Assembly (NCBI GenBank): GCA_013202595.1
Contig: JABMPV010000229.1
Coordinates: 1 to 45,020, forward strand
DNA from: a bacterium
GTDB taxonomy: Bacteria > Actinomycetota > Acidimicrobiia > Spongiisociales > UBA11373
Length of the DNA stretch: 45,020 bases
Direction of reading: 5' to 3'
This document shows positions 1-7,273 of the stretch, piece after piece. Positions within the stretch are counted from its first letter, which is position 1. The number at the start of each line of letters is the position of its first letter. The notes beneath the pieces were generated by a model. It was not told where the DNA came from and did not search any database. It saw only the letters and a program-made list of their open reading frames with translations. The translations under genes were made by a program, and so were the position numbers.

Positions 1-428
1 CCGAGCGACGGGATGCCGCGGCCTGCATGGATGAGCAGCGGCACACCGCGATCGGCTGCCACGGCAGCCACGGCGTCCATCCCCTGATGAGACAGAGGGA
101 ATCTCTCGGAGCGCGGGTGGAGCTTGATCCCCCGATGACCGAGGTCGAGGCATCGCTCCACCTCGGCAGCCGGGTCGCCGGCCTTCGGATCGACCCTGAG
201 GAACGGAATGAGGCGGCCTCCCGATCCCCCGGCCTCTTCCAAGACCCTGTCGTTGTTGTGCGGATACCCCGCCGGATCGGCACTTGGGCATATGACGGCG
301 GCATCGTGGCCCGCCCCATCGAGGGCTGCCAGCAGCGACTCCGCCGTGTTCGTCTTCCCATCGGGATCCCTGTCTCCCGTATGGGTATGGGCGTCCCACA
401 CCGGCGACCCGGCCGGCAAGTGGGCCAT
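1..428 (-). CDS. amidohydrolase-family metal-dependent hydrolase (partial; 3' end lies beyond the window edge)
   Basis: Minus-strand frame is open from ATG (complement of 426-428) to position 1. It is absent from the ORF track because it has no in-window stop. Translation MAHLPAGSPVWDAHTHTGDRDPDGKTNTAESLLAALDGAGHDAAVICP...GIKLHPRSERFPLSHQGMDAVAAVAADRGVPLLIHAGRG shows the DxHxH metal motif and the pattern of PF04909-type TIM-barrel amidohydrolases. The + ORFs 27..497 and 208..465 look like Arg/Pro-rich shadows. Confidence 0.75.
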   Translation of the reverse strand, partial: MAHLPAGSPVWDAHTHTGDRDPDGKTNTAESLLAALDGAGHDAAVICPSADPAGYPHNNDRVLEEAGGSGGRLIPFLRVDPKAGDPAAEVERCLDLGHRGIKLHPRSERFPLSHQGMDAVAAVAADRGVPLLIHAGRGIPSL

Positions 429-532
429 GGCAGCGCGATACCACGCAGAAAGCACGGTGCGGTGAGGGTCACGGGAATCCACGGCGGCCGAATCTAGCGA
501 CAGAATTCTCGTTGAAACCACTCAAGTCGGGG

Positions 533-574
533 GTGACTAGTGCCGAATGACTAGTCACATATGACCAGTCACCA
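533..574 (+). repeat. three tandem 14-nt units (GTGACTAGTGCCGA / ATGACTAGTCACAT / ATGACCAGTCACCA) containing TGACTAGTCA-type palindromes and two 5-codon mini-ORFs
   Basis: Read directly from the sequence. Units start at 533, 547 and 561. There is a perfect 10-bp palindrome TGACTAGTCA at 548-557 and a one-mismatch copy TGACCAGTCA at 562-571. The third unit supplies the ATG of the GGDEF gene. Confidence 0.8.
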
Positions 575-1559
575 AGTCATCGACGCCGCCACCGTACGCC
601 CCGGCACCGATCGTCATGAGGATCGCACCCTCGTCCGGATCGGAGCGTTCACTCGTTGGCCCAACGCAGCACCCCTCGCCTTCGGGGTGTTCCTCGTGAC
701 GCTGATCGCCGTGTGCGACCACCTCACTGGACGCACTTTCTCGGTCGACTTCCTCTATGTCGGCGCGGTCGTGATCGTGACATGGCTCGGAACGATGCGC
801 AGTGCGACGCTGGTCGCCGCTCTCGCCGTCACAGAGAGCCTCCTGGCCGACCTGATGGGATCCTGGGACCTCACCCGGTCGATGGCGGTCAACGCCGCGA
901 CGAGTTTCGGTGTGATGCTCTTCATCGTCTGGATCATCTCGTCGCTGCGCCGATCGCTGATCCAGCAGCGCCACCTGGCGATGGTCGACCCCCTCACAGG
1001 CGCTCTCAACCGCCGGTCCTTCTCCATCGCTGCAGACCGCGAGCGCCTCAGGGCGGCCCGCACCGGCCTCCCTATCAGCATGGCCTACTTCGACCTCGAC
1101 GACTTCAAGGGTGTCAACGATCGCCACGGCCACAAGGCTGGCGACCACCTGCTCCGGATCTTCGCCGAGACGGTCTCCTCGTCCATCAGGGGCACGGACA
1201 TCTTCGCCCGCATCGGGGGAGACGAGTTCATCGTCATGTTCCCCGAGACCGGTGCACGAGACGCCATCAGCGTCGTACAGAGGATCACCAGGATCATCGG
1301 TGACCACTGCTGCATCGCCGACGAGAAGGTCAGCGCATCGGTGGGCATCATGACCTTCCAGTACCCGCCGGCCACGGTGGATGCGATGATCGCCGAAGCC
1401 GACAGGATGATGTATCAGGCCAAGTCGGTCGGCCCCGGTCAGATCGTCGGCGCCGTGGCTGCCGGCCCCTGGCTCCGCTGGGCCACCGAATCGATGCGGC
1501 CCGACCTCAGCCTCCTCCGGGACGACCCTCAGGACGTGATGGTGGAGTTGCTCCGCTGA
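561..1559 (+). CDS. membrane-anchored diguanylate cyclase (GGDEF domain)
   Basis: 332-aa ORF. The N-terminus has hydrophobic segments (LAFGVFLVTLIAVC, VGAVVIVTWLG, VMLFIVWIISSL). The C-terminus is a canonical GGDEF domain: DPLTGALNRRSF, FDLDDFKGVNDRHGHKAGD, RIGGDEF, with an RxxD I-site (RGTD) five residues upstream of GGDEF. Confidence 0.93.
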   Translation: MTSHQVIDAATVRPGTDRHEDRTLVRIGAFTRWPNAAPLAFGVFLVTLIAVCDHLTGRTFSVDFLYVGAVVIVTWLGTMRSATLVAALAVTESLLADLMGSWDLTRSMAVNAATSFGVMLFIVWIISSLRRSLIQQRHLAMVDPLTGALNRRSFSIAADRERLRAARTGLPISMAYFDLDDFKGVNDRHGHKAGDHLLRIFAETVSSSIRGTDIFARIGGDEFIVMFPETGARDAISVVQRITRIIGDHCCIADEKVSASVGIMTFQYPPATVDAMIAEADRMMYQAKSVGPGQIVGAVAAGPWLRWATESMRPDLSLLRDDPQDVMVELLR

Positions 1560-1919
1560 TGGCCCTCCCCCTCAGGTCCATCTACTCGGTTTCGAGGACG
1601 GCATCGTCTCTATCGAACTCGGCTTCGGCCGCCCGCTCACAGATCCGGAGAGTCGGCGCCTCGGCGGGCGCAGCATGGCGGCACGCACGCCGGCCGTTCC
1701 GCGGCCGCCGGCGAGACGACCGGTAGCCGGCGACCGTCGGCGAACGCTCCACCGTCTCCCCACGGGCGACGACCCCCGCGCCGAACGCGAAAACTCTCCC
1801 CGACGACCCTCTTGCGAGTGACACCTGAATGTCCGAAGGTGCACTCGACAGCAGGGAATGCAGGCGCACCACCCTGATGTGAGGAGGGCATCGACAGCCG
1901 CCCCGAAGCAGGAGGAGCA

Positions 1920-2219
1920 GTGGACCCGCTCGGTCATCCCGACCTCATCGCCGTCGGCCGTCGCCTGCGACAACGCATGGACGAGACGCTCGAGGCCGAA
2001 CAGCACGCCGCTCGAGCAGCAGCCATGAGAAGGAGGACCATCCGCGACCTCCTCCTCGAAGCGGCCGATCGGGAGGCATCTGCCTCGGTACTGGCCGGCA
2101 CCGAATGGTGCGCCGGATCGGTCGAAGTCGTCGGGGCCGATCATGCCATCCTCACGGCCGGCGGCCGCAGCCGTGTGGTCGCACTCGCCCACCTCGCCGT
2201 CATCGAGTTGCGTCAGTGA
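1920..2219 (+). CDS. hypothetical 99-aa protein, translationally coupled to cpaB (first gene of the Tad operon)
   Basis: GTG start preceded by AGGAGGAG (1908-1917). The stop TGA (2217-2219) overlaps the GTG start of the next gene (GTGA). It has an N-terminal helical Arg/Glu-rich part and a C-terminal beta-like segment (GSVEVVGADHAILTAGGRSRVVALAHLAVIEL). I recognise no named family. Confidence 0.6.
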   Translation: MDPLGHPDLIAVGRRLRQRMDETLEAEQHAARAAAMRRRTIRDLLLEAADREASASVLAGTEWCAGSVEVVGADHAILTAGGRSRVVALAHLAVIELRQ

Positions 2220-2797
2220 GGTTCGACCGCCGAACCCTCCTCGGTGCAGGACTGGCGGCTGCCGCAGCCCTCACGGCGTTCGCGGCAACCCGGCCACCCC
2301 CTTCGGAACCCATCCTCGTCGCAGCCACCGCGCTCGCTCCGGGTGAGCCGCTCTCAGACGGAGCGCTCGCCGTCCGCCGCGTGGGTTCGGGCAGCGGGAT
2401 GGTCGAGGGAGACGACCCTTCGGACCTCACCGGTTGGATCCTCTCCGCACCTCTCGAGGAGGGAGAGCCACTGGTCCCTTCCCAGTTGCTTCCCCCGCAG
2501 CGGCGCACGGCGCCAGATGTCATGGCGATCGAACTCGCTTCCCCTGCAGCAGTCGGCGGACGCCTCCACGGCGGCGATCTCGTCGACATCTACCTCACCT
2601 CGGGTTCGGGCCCCGGAGGAGATCAGGAGACCGGGAGGATCGCCAGGTCGGTGACCGTGGTAGAGGTGCTCGTCGAGGAAGGGTTCGGAACGAGCGGTCA
2701 GATCGCCGTGCTCCTGGCCGTCGACGACGATCTCGCCGAGGTCATGGCCTCCGCCGTCCATGCCGGGCACATCGATCTCGTGAGGGTCGGCCGATGA
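2216..2797 (+). CDS. cpaB: Flp pilus assembly protein CpaB/RcpC-like (SAF domain)
   Basis: I trimmed track ORF 2105..2797 to the GTG at 2216, which overlaps the upstream stop. It has an N-terminal TM/signal segment (RRTLLGAGLAAAAALTAFAA), a SAF-like segment (ILVAATALAPGEPLSDGALAVRRV) and a CpaB-like C-terminus (GGDLVDIY...VTVVEVLV...IAVLLAVDDDLAEVMASAVHAGHIDLV). Confidence 0.8.
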   Translation: MRFDRRTLLGAGLAAAAALTAFAATRPPPSEPILVAATALAPGEPLSDGALAVRRVGSGSGMVEGDDPSDLTGWILSAPLEEGEPLVPSQLLPPQRRTAPDVMAIELASPAAVGGRLHGGDLVDIYLTSGSGPGGDQETGRIARSVTVVEVLVEEGFGTSGQIAVLLAVDDDLAEVMASAVHAGHIDLVRVGR

Positions 2798-3846
2798 CCC
2801 CCCGGGTGGCGACCGTCCTTTCGGCTCGCGATTGGGAGCGGCACCTCGTCGCCCATGCCAGGGAAGCCGCCACCCTTCGCCTGGTGCTGCGCGCCTTTCG
2901 ACCCGAGGACGTCTCAGCGGCGCGGCCGGAGCTCGACGTGGTGGTAGCGGGATCGGAGACCGCCTGGGTCACAGGGGCCCGCATCGCCTCGTGGCGCAGG
3001 TCGGGCCTCGCTGTGATCGGCATCCATCCTCGCGGAGACTCCCCGGCCAGGACCAGGCTGGAGGATGCAGGAGCCGACCAGGTGCTCGCCGACGATGTGC
3101 CGCCGGAGACAATCGCCCACGCCGCCGTCTCACTGGGACCGGCGGGACCAGAAACCCGTTCATCGGACCCCGCAGGACCCGTGATCCTGGTGGCCGGTCC
3201 CCGGGGCGCTCCGGGAAGGACCGAGATGGCTCTCGCCCTGGCCTGGGAACTGGGCGTCGGAGAGCGACGGCCCATCCTGATCGACCTCGACACTGCCGCC
3301 CCATCCCTTGCGATCCGATTGGGTGTACCGCCACGTCCCGATGTGCGCGATGCAATAGAAGGCAACCACCTCAGTGGACACCTCCCCGACGCGGCGATCC
3401 ACCGGATCGGCCCGATCGATCTCGTGGTCGGCTCCCATCGGGAGGGCAGCACCCCGGCGACGCCGGGCGAACTCGAGGATCTCGTCTCCAGCGCCGCTCC
3501 GGGACACTCCGCCGTGGTGCTGGACCCCGGGCCGCTGATCGGGGACGAGCACATGGTCCGTTCGGCCGACCGAGCACTGCTCGTGGTCGAGGGATCACCC
3601 ACGGGCATCGTTCGTGCCGCCCGGGTCGCAGCAGCATGGATGGGGCCATTGCCGAGCCTGATCCTCAACAGAGTCCCGCCTCGACGACGCGACGACATCG
3701 TCTGTGCAGCACGGAGATGGACCGGCCTCGAACCCGAGGCGATCATCCCCCACCTCCCGGCCGTGGCGTCGGCAGCCCGCAGAGGAGACATCCCGATCAG
3801 AGCACTCCGCAAGACGCTGTCGCCCCTGGCCGGAGTCCCGGCGTGA
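2794..3846 (+). CDS. CpaE/TadZ-like ParA-MinD-fold protein with degenerate Walker A (Actinobacteria 'secretion-neighbourhood' type, Mtb Rv3660c-like)
   Basis: ATG at 2794 overlaps the cpaB stop (ATGA). It has an N-terminal receiver-like region and then ILVAGPRGAPGRTEMALALAWEL, in which GxRGxxG(R)T replaces KGGxGKT. The gene sits directly upstream of cpaF, as in actinobacterial Tad loci. Confidence 0.75.
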   Translation: MTPRVATVLSARDWERHLVAHAREAATLRLVLRAFRPEDVSAARPELDVVVAGSETAWVTGARIASWRRSGLAVIGIHPRGDSPARTRLEDAGADQVLADDVPPETIAHAAVSLGPAGPETRSSDPAGPVILVAGPRGAPGRTEMALALAWELGVGERRPILIDLDTAAPSLAIRLGVPPRPDVRDAIEGNHLSGHLPDAAIHRIGPIDLVVGSHREGSTPATPGELEDLVSSAAPGHSAVVLDPGPLIGDEHMVRSADRALLVVEGSPTGIVRAARVAAAWMGPLPSLILNRVPPRRRDDIVCAARRWTGLEPEAIIPHLPAVASAARRGDIPIRALRKTLSPLAGVPA

Positions 3847-4808
3847 GCGAGAACGGACTCGGATTCCTGGGGCCGCTCCTCTCCGACCCCGACGTCGAGG
3901 AGATCATCGTCCTCGGGGGTGCCCGGACCTTCATCGTCCGCAACGGCGAAAAGCACCTGGTCCCCACAGTCGCCGACACCGAGTCGATCAGACGGATCGC
4001 CGATCAGTTGCTCCGGGGCACGGGCCGCCGCCTCGACCTGACCGATCCCATCGTGTCCGCACAGCTCTCCGACGGGTCCAGGGTGCACATCACCGGTCCA
4101 CCCGTGACTCACCCGGACCGGCTCAACATCCAGATTCGCAAGTTCTCGCTCGGCTCGCCGACGCTCGCGAACCTGGTCGATCTCGGCTCACTGACGGGTG
4201 ACGCCGCCCGGGCACTGGGAGAGGCGATCAGGGACGACAAGACCATCGTCGTCGCCGGGGCCCCCGGGGCAGGCAAGACCACACTTGTCGACTGCCTGCT
4301 CTCCGAGGTTCCCCCGGACCGGAGAGTGGTGACCTGTGAGGAGGTCTTCGAGATCCGGGCGGACCTTCCCGATCTGACCCAGATGCAGACCCGCTCTGCC
4401 GGGCTGGACGGCGGCGGGGAGATCACACTGCGGGATCTGGTCAGAGAGGCGCTGCGCCAGCGCCCGGACCGCATCGTCATCGGAGAGGTACGGGGTCCAG
4501 AGGCTCTGGATCTCGTCATGGCTCTCAACGCCGGATGCGCGGGACTGGCGACGCTGCACGCCAATTCGGCCCGCGACGCCCTCGACAAGATCGTCTCCTA
4601 CTGCGTCCTGGCCGGCCAGAACGTCGCCATCGACTTCGTTCGCAGAGCGCTGGCATCCGTCATCGACATCGTCGTATTCCTGCGACGGACGCCTGTGGGC
4701 CGCCGGGTCGAGGAGATCGCCACGGTCCCCTCGACCCAGCCAGATGAGGGCTTCACCCTCGAGTATCTGTTCCGCCCGCCCGTCTCGCAGGATCGAGCGT
4801 CCGGATGA
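3843..4808 (+). CDS. cpaF: Tad/Flp pilus secretion ATPase CpaF/TadA (type II/IV secretion NTPase)
   Basis: GTG at 3843 overlaps the upstream stop (GTGA). Motifs: Walker A GAPGAGKTT, Asp box CEEVFEI, Walker B RPDRIVIGEVRG and His box LATLHANSA. The rest of track ORF 2832..4808 is a spurious Arg/Pro-rich extension. Confidence 0.93.
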   Translation: MSENGLGFLGPLLSDPDVEEIIVLGGARTFIVRNGEKHLVPTVADTESIRRIADQLLRGTGRRLDLTDPIVSAQLSDGSRVHITGPPVTHPDRLNIQIRKFSLGSPTLANLVDLGSLTGDAARALGEAIRDDKTIVVAGAPGAGKTTLVDCLLSEVPPDRRVVTCEEVFEIRADLPDLTQMQTRSAGLDGGGEITLRDLVREALRQRPDRIVIGEVRGPEALDLVMALNAGCAGLATLHANSARDALDKIVSYCVLAGQNVAIDFVRRALASVIDIVVFLRRTPVGRRVEEIATVPSTQPDEGFTLEYLFRPPVSQDRASG

Positions 4809-5602
4809 GATGGATCAGTGTCGGCCTCGCCGGAACGGCCGCATGGATGGCAGTGGCTCCCCAGCCGCGTCGTTCACCGCGGTTCGGGGCCCCAAATCCG
4901 CGAGGAGTCGTCGCGATCGCCGCAGCGGCCTCCTGTGCCGCCTTGCTCACCTGGGCACTCGCCGCCGATCCCGTCCTGGCCGCCGCCACCGCAGGAGTCG
5001 TGACCGTGATCGCTCCCGGCGTGGCGGCGACACGGCGGGACCGCGTCAGGATGACGGAGGCCTCCCGCTGGCCCGACCTCCTGGCCGGGATCAGGGCTCG
5101 ACTGGGTGCGGGCGAACCGGTGCCGGTAGCCACGCTCGAAGCGGCCCGCAGGATCGGTCCACCGTTCCATCGCCTCGCGCAGGCACTGGAGGAATCCGGA
5201 CGCCGGACCACATTCGCAGACACCCTCGGGGCCCTGGCAGAGGACTGGTCCGATCCGATCGCCGATCGCGTGTTCGGCACCCTCACGATCGCAGATCGCG
5301 TCGGAGGCCCCAGGGTCGGCGAGGTGCTCGCAACGCTGTCTGCCTCGGTCGCCGACGACCTCCGGCTGCGCCTCGCCCATGAGGCCGCCACCACCGAGCA
5401 ACGGCTCACCGCACTGATCGCGCTGGTGGCCCCGTGGGCTCTCCTCGTGCTCACCGTCGTCACGAACCCCGCAGCAGCGGACTCGTTCAGCGGCAGCGGA
5501 GGCCGGGTCGTCGTCATGGTGGGCCTCGGCGCAACGGTCACAGGGTTCGCTCTGACCCGACGATCTCTCCGCCTCTCCACTCCGGGCCGACCTGCTTCAT
5601 GA
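4805..5602 (+). CDS. tadB: TadB-like pilus assembly membrane protein (T2SS-F family)
   Basis: ATGA overlap with the cpaF stop. It has N-terminal TM segments, a central soluble helical domain (WPDLLAGIRARLGAGEPVPVATLEAARRIGPPFHRL) and C-terminal TM segments. Its position after cpaF fits. Confidence 0.8.
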   Translation: MRWISVGLAGTAAWMAVAPQPRRSPRFGAPNPRGVVAIAAAASCAALLTWALAADPVLAAATAGVVTVIAPGVAATRRDRVRMTEASRWPDLLAGIRARLGAGEPVPVATLEAARRIGPPFHRLAQALEESGRRTTFADTLGALAEDWSDPIADRVFGTLTIADRVGGPRVGEVLATLSASVADDLRLRLAHEAATTEQRLTALIALVAPWALLVLTVVTNPAAADSFSGSGGRVVVMVGLGATVTGFALTRRSLRLSTPGRPAS

Positions 5603-6369
5603 GAGCCGTTGCAGCCATCCTGGCGGGGACCGCCGTCATCGTCCTCACCACGGGGCAGGTCGAAGGGGGCCTCGCCGATCGACTCCACAGCTACCTGGGG
5701 CCCCGGACCGAGGACCGACCACGCAGCCTGCGCCTCGATCCCGCAACGCGGAGACGGGCACTGTTCGCAGCGCTCGGGGTGCTGGCCGCCGGCCTCGGGT
5801 CGGTGGCCGGAGCGATTGACTCCTCACCCCTGCTCTCCCTCCCGGCAGGGGGACTGGGCGGCTGGCTCCTTCGGGGCATGGTCGACGATCGGAGGCACGT
5901 CAGACGAGCCGCATCCCTGAGATCAGATGTGCCCACGGCGGCCGATGCGCTCGCCCTGCACGTCGTCGCCGGAGCCACCGTGGCAGAGGCCATCGAGAGC
6001 TTCGCTGCGACCGGAGCAGGCGAGGCCGCAGCCGACCTCGGGATCATCGTGAAGCACTACCACTCCGGATCATCGCTGCCCGAGGCCTTGATGTCGGCGG
6101 CCGGGTCCGCCGACCACCCCGATGCCGGCCGCCTGTACGAACTGCTCTCCCACGCGCACACCACCGGGGGCCGGCTCACCGATTCGCTCACGGACCTGGC
6201 CACCGACGTGCGAGGGTCGATGGCCCGGGATCTCACCGCGGAGAGCGGGAGACGGGCGCTCGCCGCCTACGGGCCGATTCTGGCCCTCATGATCCCGGTG
6301 ACAGTCCTCTTCCTCATGTACCCGACGCTGGTGGGGCTCGACGCTCTCTCCGGCACCGTCACACCATGA
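5599..6369 (+). CDS. tadC: TadC-like pilus assembly membrane protein (T2SS-F family)
   Basis: ATG at 5599 overlaps the tadB stop (ATGA). It has an N-terminal TM segment, a soluble domain (DVPTAADALALHVVAGATVAEAIESFA...GSSLPEALMSAA) and C-terminal TM segments (ALAAYGPILALMIPVTVLFLMYPTLV). Confidence 0.8.
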   Translation: MRAVAAILAGTAVIVLTTGQVEGGLADRLHSYLGPRTEDRPRSLRLDPATRRRALFAALGVLAAGLGSVAGAIDSSPLLSLPAGGLGGWLLRGMVDDRRHVRRAASLRSDVPTAADALALHVVAGATVAEAIESFAATGAGEAAADLGIIVKHYHSGSSLPEALMSAAGSADHPDAGRLYELLSHAHTTGGRLTDSLTDLATDVRGSMARDLTAESGRRALAAYGPILALMIPVTVLFLMYPTLVGLDALSGTVTP

Positions 6370-6381
6370 AAGGAGCAACAG

Positions 6382-6561
6382 ATGCTCTACCTGTTGACAC
6401 TATGGACGCGGTTTCGCGACGAGAAGGGCGTGACCACCGTCGAATGGCTCGGCATGGCCGCCGTCGTCGTCCTCGTCATCGCCGTGCTGATGCCCCAGGT
6501 GAGGGCGACCGCCCGCGAGCTCTGGGACAGCATTGCCGGCCAGCTGAGCGGCCTTGGCTAG
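6382..6561 (+). CDS. flp: Flp/Fap-family prepilin (59 aa)
   Basis: Not in the ORF track because it is shorter than 60 aa. AAAGGAG (6369-6375) lies 6 nt before the ATG at 6382; the stop TAG is at 6559-6561. Translation: MLYLLTLWTRFRDEKGVTTVEWLGMAAVVVLVIAVLMPQVRATARELWDSIAGQLSGLG. It carries a Flp-type processing motif G/VTTVEW (G-x4-E-aromatic) followed by a hydrophobic helix. It sits between tadC and the tadE-like genes. Confidence 0.85.
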   Translation: MLYLLTLWTRFRDEKGVTTVEWLGMAAVVVLVIAVLMPQVRATARELWDSIAGQLSGLG

Positions 6562-6611
6562 ACGCCGGATCAGCCGCCATCGACGGCGTCGCAGCGATCG
6601 GTCTGGCTCTG

Positions 6612-6917
6612 TTGCTGCTGACGATGGTGGCCCAGATATCGACCGGGGTGATAGCTGCCGGGACGGCCCGGGCGGCGGCATCGTCGTCGGCCAGGGCGGC
6701 TTCCCTTCCAGGGGCGGACGTCGCCGCCATCGAGCAGGATCTCGCCGGCATGGTCGATGCGATCGTCCCGGGAGCGCGAGCCATTCGGACAAGGGTCAGC
6801 ACCGGCGCCGACGCCGCGACGGCGACTGTCTGGTTCCGATGGCTGCCTCCCGGGCCCGGCTGGGCGAGACCCCGCTTCCGGATCTCATCGACGGTCCCCG
6901 TGATCACTCCTCCCTGA
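6612..6917 (+). CDS. TadE-like pseudopilin/pilus assembly protein 1 (start uncertain)
   Basis: The frame of track ORF 6366..6917 contains DAGSAAIDGVAAIGLALLLLTMVAQ, a TadE-type N-terminus. No ATG or GTG lies upstream of that signature after the flp stop. The first canonical in-frame candidates are TTG 6612, ATG 6624 and GTG 6627. Confidence 0.55.
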   Translation: MLLTMVAQISTGVIAAGTARAAASSSARAASLPGADVAAIEQDLAGMVDAIVPGARAIRTRVSTGADAATATVWFRWLPPGPGWARPRFRISSTVPVITPP

Positions 6918-7273
6918 GCAGAGGGTCGGCGCTGATCGAGATCATCGTCCTCGGTGTGTTCATCGGTGTGGTCCTGCTCACCGCGATCGGCGCCGCTGCC
7001 CGGGTCCTCGAAGCCGGATCCAGGGCATCCGATGCCGCCGAGATGGCGGCGACCGCCATGGCACTCGGATCGGGCGACGATCGCGCCCGGGCTCTGGCGG
7101 CTGCAATCGCCCCCGACGCAGAGTCGGTGAGCATCACCGAGGTCGGCGGCAACTTCGCCGTCATCGTGACGATCAGGGTCGGGCTCATCGGCCCCGACGG
7201 CGGCCCCGTGTCGAGCATCGTCACCGGGCGCGCGATCGCAGCCCCGAGCCCTCATGTGAGCTCGAGTGGCTGA
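6839..7273 (+). CDS. TadE-like pilus assembly protein 2
   Basis: ATG 6839 is the only canonical start in this frame upstream of the signature RGSALIEIIVLGVFIGVVLLTAIGAAARV. A CTG at 6914 overlapping the upstream stop (CTGA) is an alternative start. The protein has a TadE-like N-terminal helix plus a beta-rich C-terminus. Confidence 0.65.
   Translation: MAASRARLGETPLPDLIDGPRDHSSLSRGSALIEIIVLGVFIGVVLLTAIGAAARVLEAGSRASDAAEMAATAMALGSGDDRARALAAAIAPDAESVSITEVGGNFAVIVTIRVGLIGPDGGPVSSIVTGRAIAAPSPHVSSSG

Noticed and set aside
27-497. Track ORFs 27..497 (+) and 208..465 (+) at the left edge.
   Set aside because: The translations are Arg/Pro/Gly-rich with no family pattern. The opposite strand gives a clean amidohydrolase-like sequence (DAHTH..., KLHP..., IHAG) with an ATG at 428, so the + ORFs are shadow frames.
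1572-2192. Minus-strand ORFs in the GGDEF-to-tad gap (1582..1872, 1637..1891, 1572..2192).
   Set aside because: 1582..1872 has moderately elevated third-position GC by hand count and a plausible acidic C-terminus. However, its centre is RSSRRRPRNGRR-type sequence, it has no recognisable family, and 1572..2192 collides with the well-supported + gene at 1920. I left it uncalled. Conservation and Ribo-seq could revive it.
2742-4112. Long antisense ORFs across the Tad operon (for example 2742..4112 -, 4753..5688 -, 6476..7336 -) and long 5' extensions of + ORFs (2105, 2434, 2832, 5434).
   Set aside because: These are typical high-GC shadow ORFs: Arg/Pro/Ser/Gly-rich and without motifs. The sense-strand genes have family signatures and a consistent ATGA/GTGA coupling pattern that fixes their starts downstream of the extensions.
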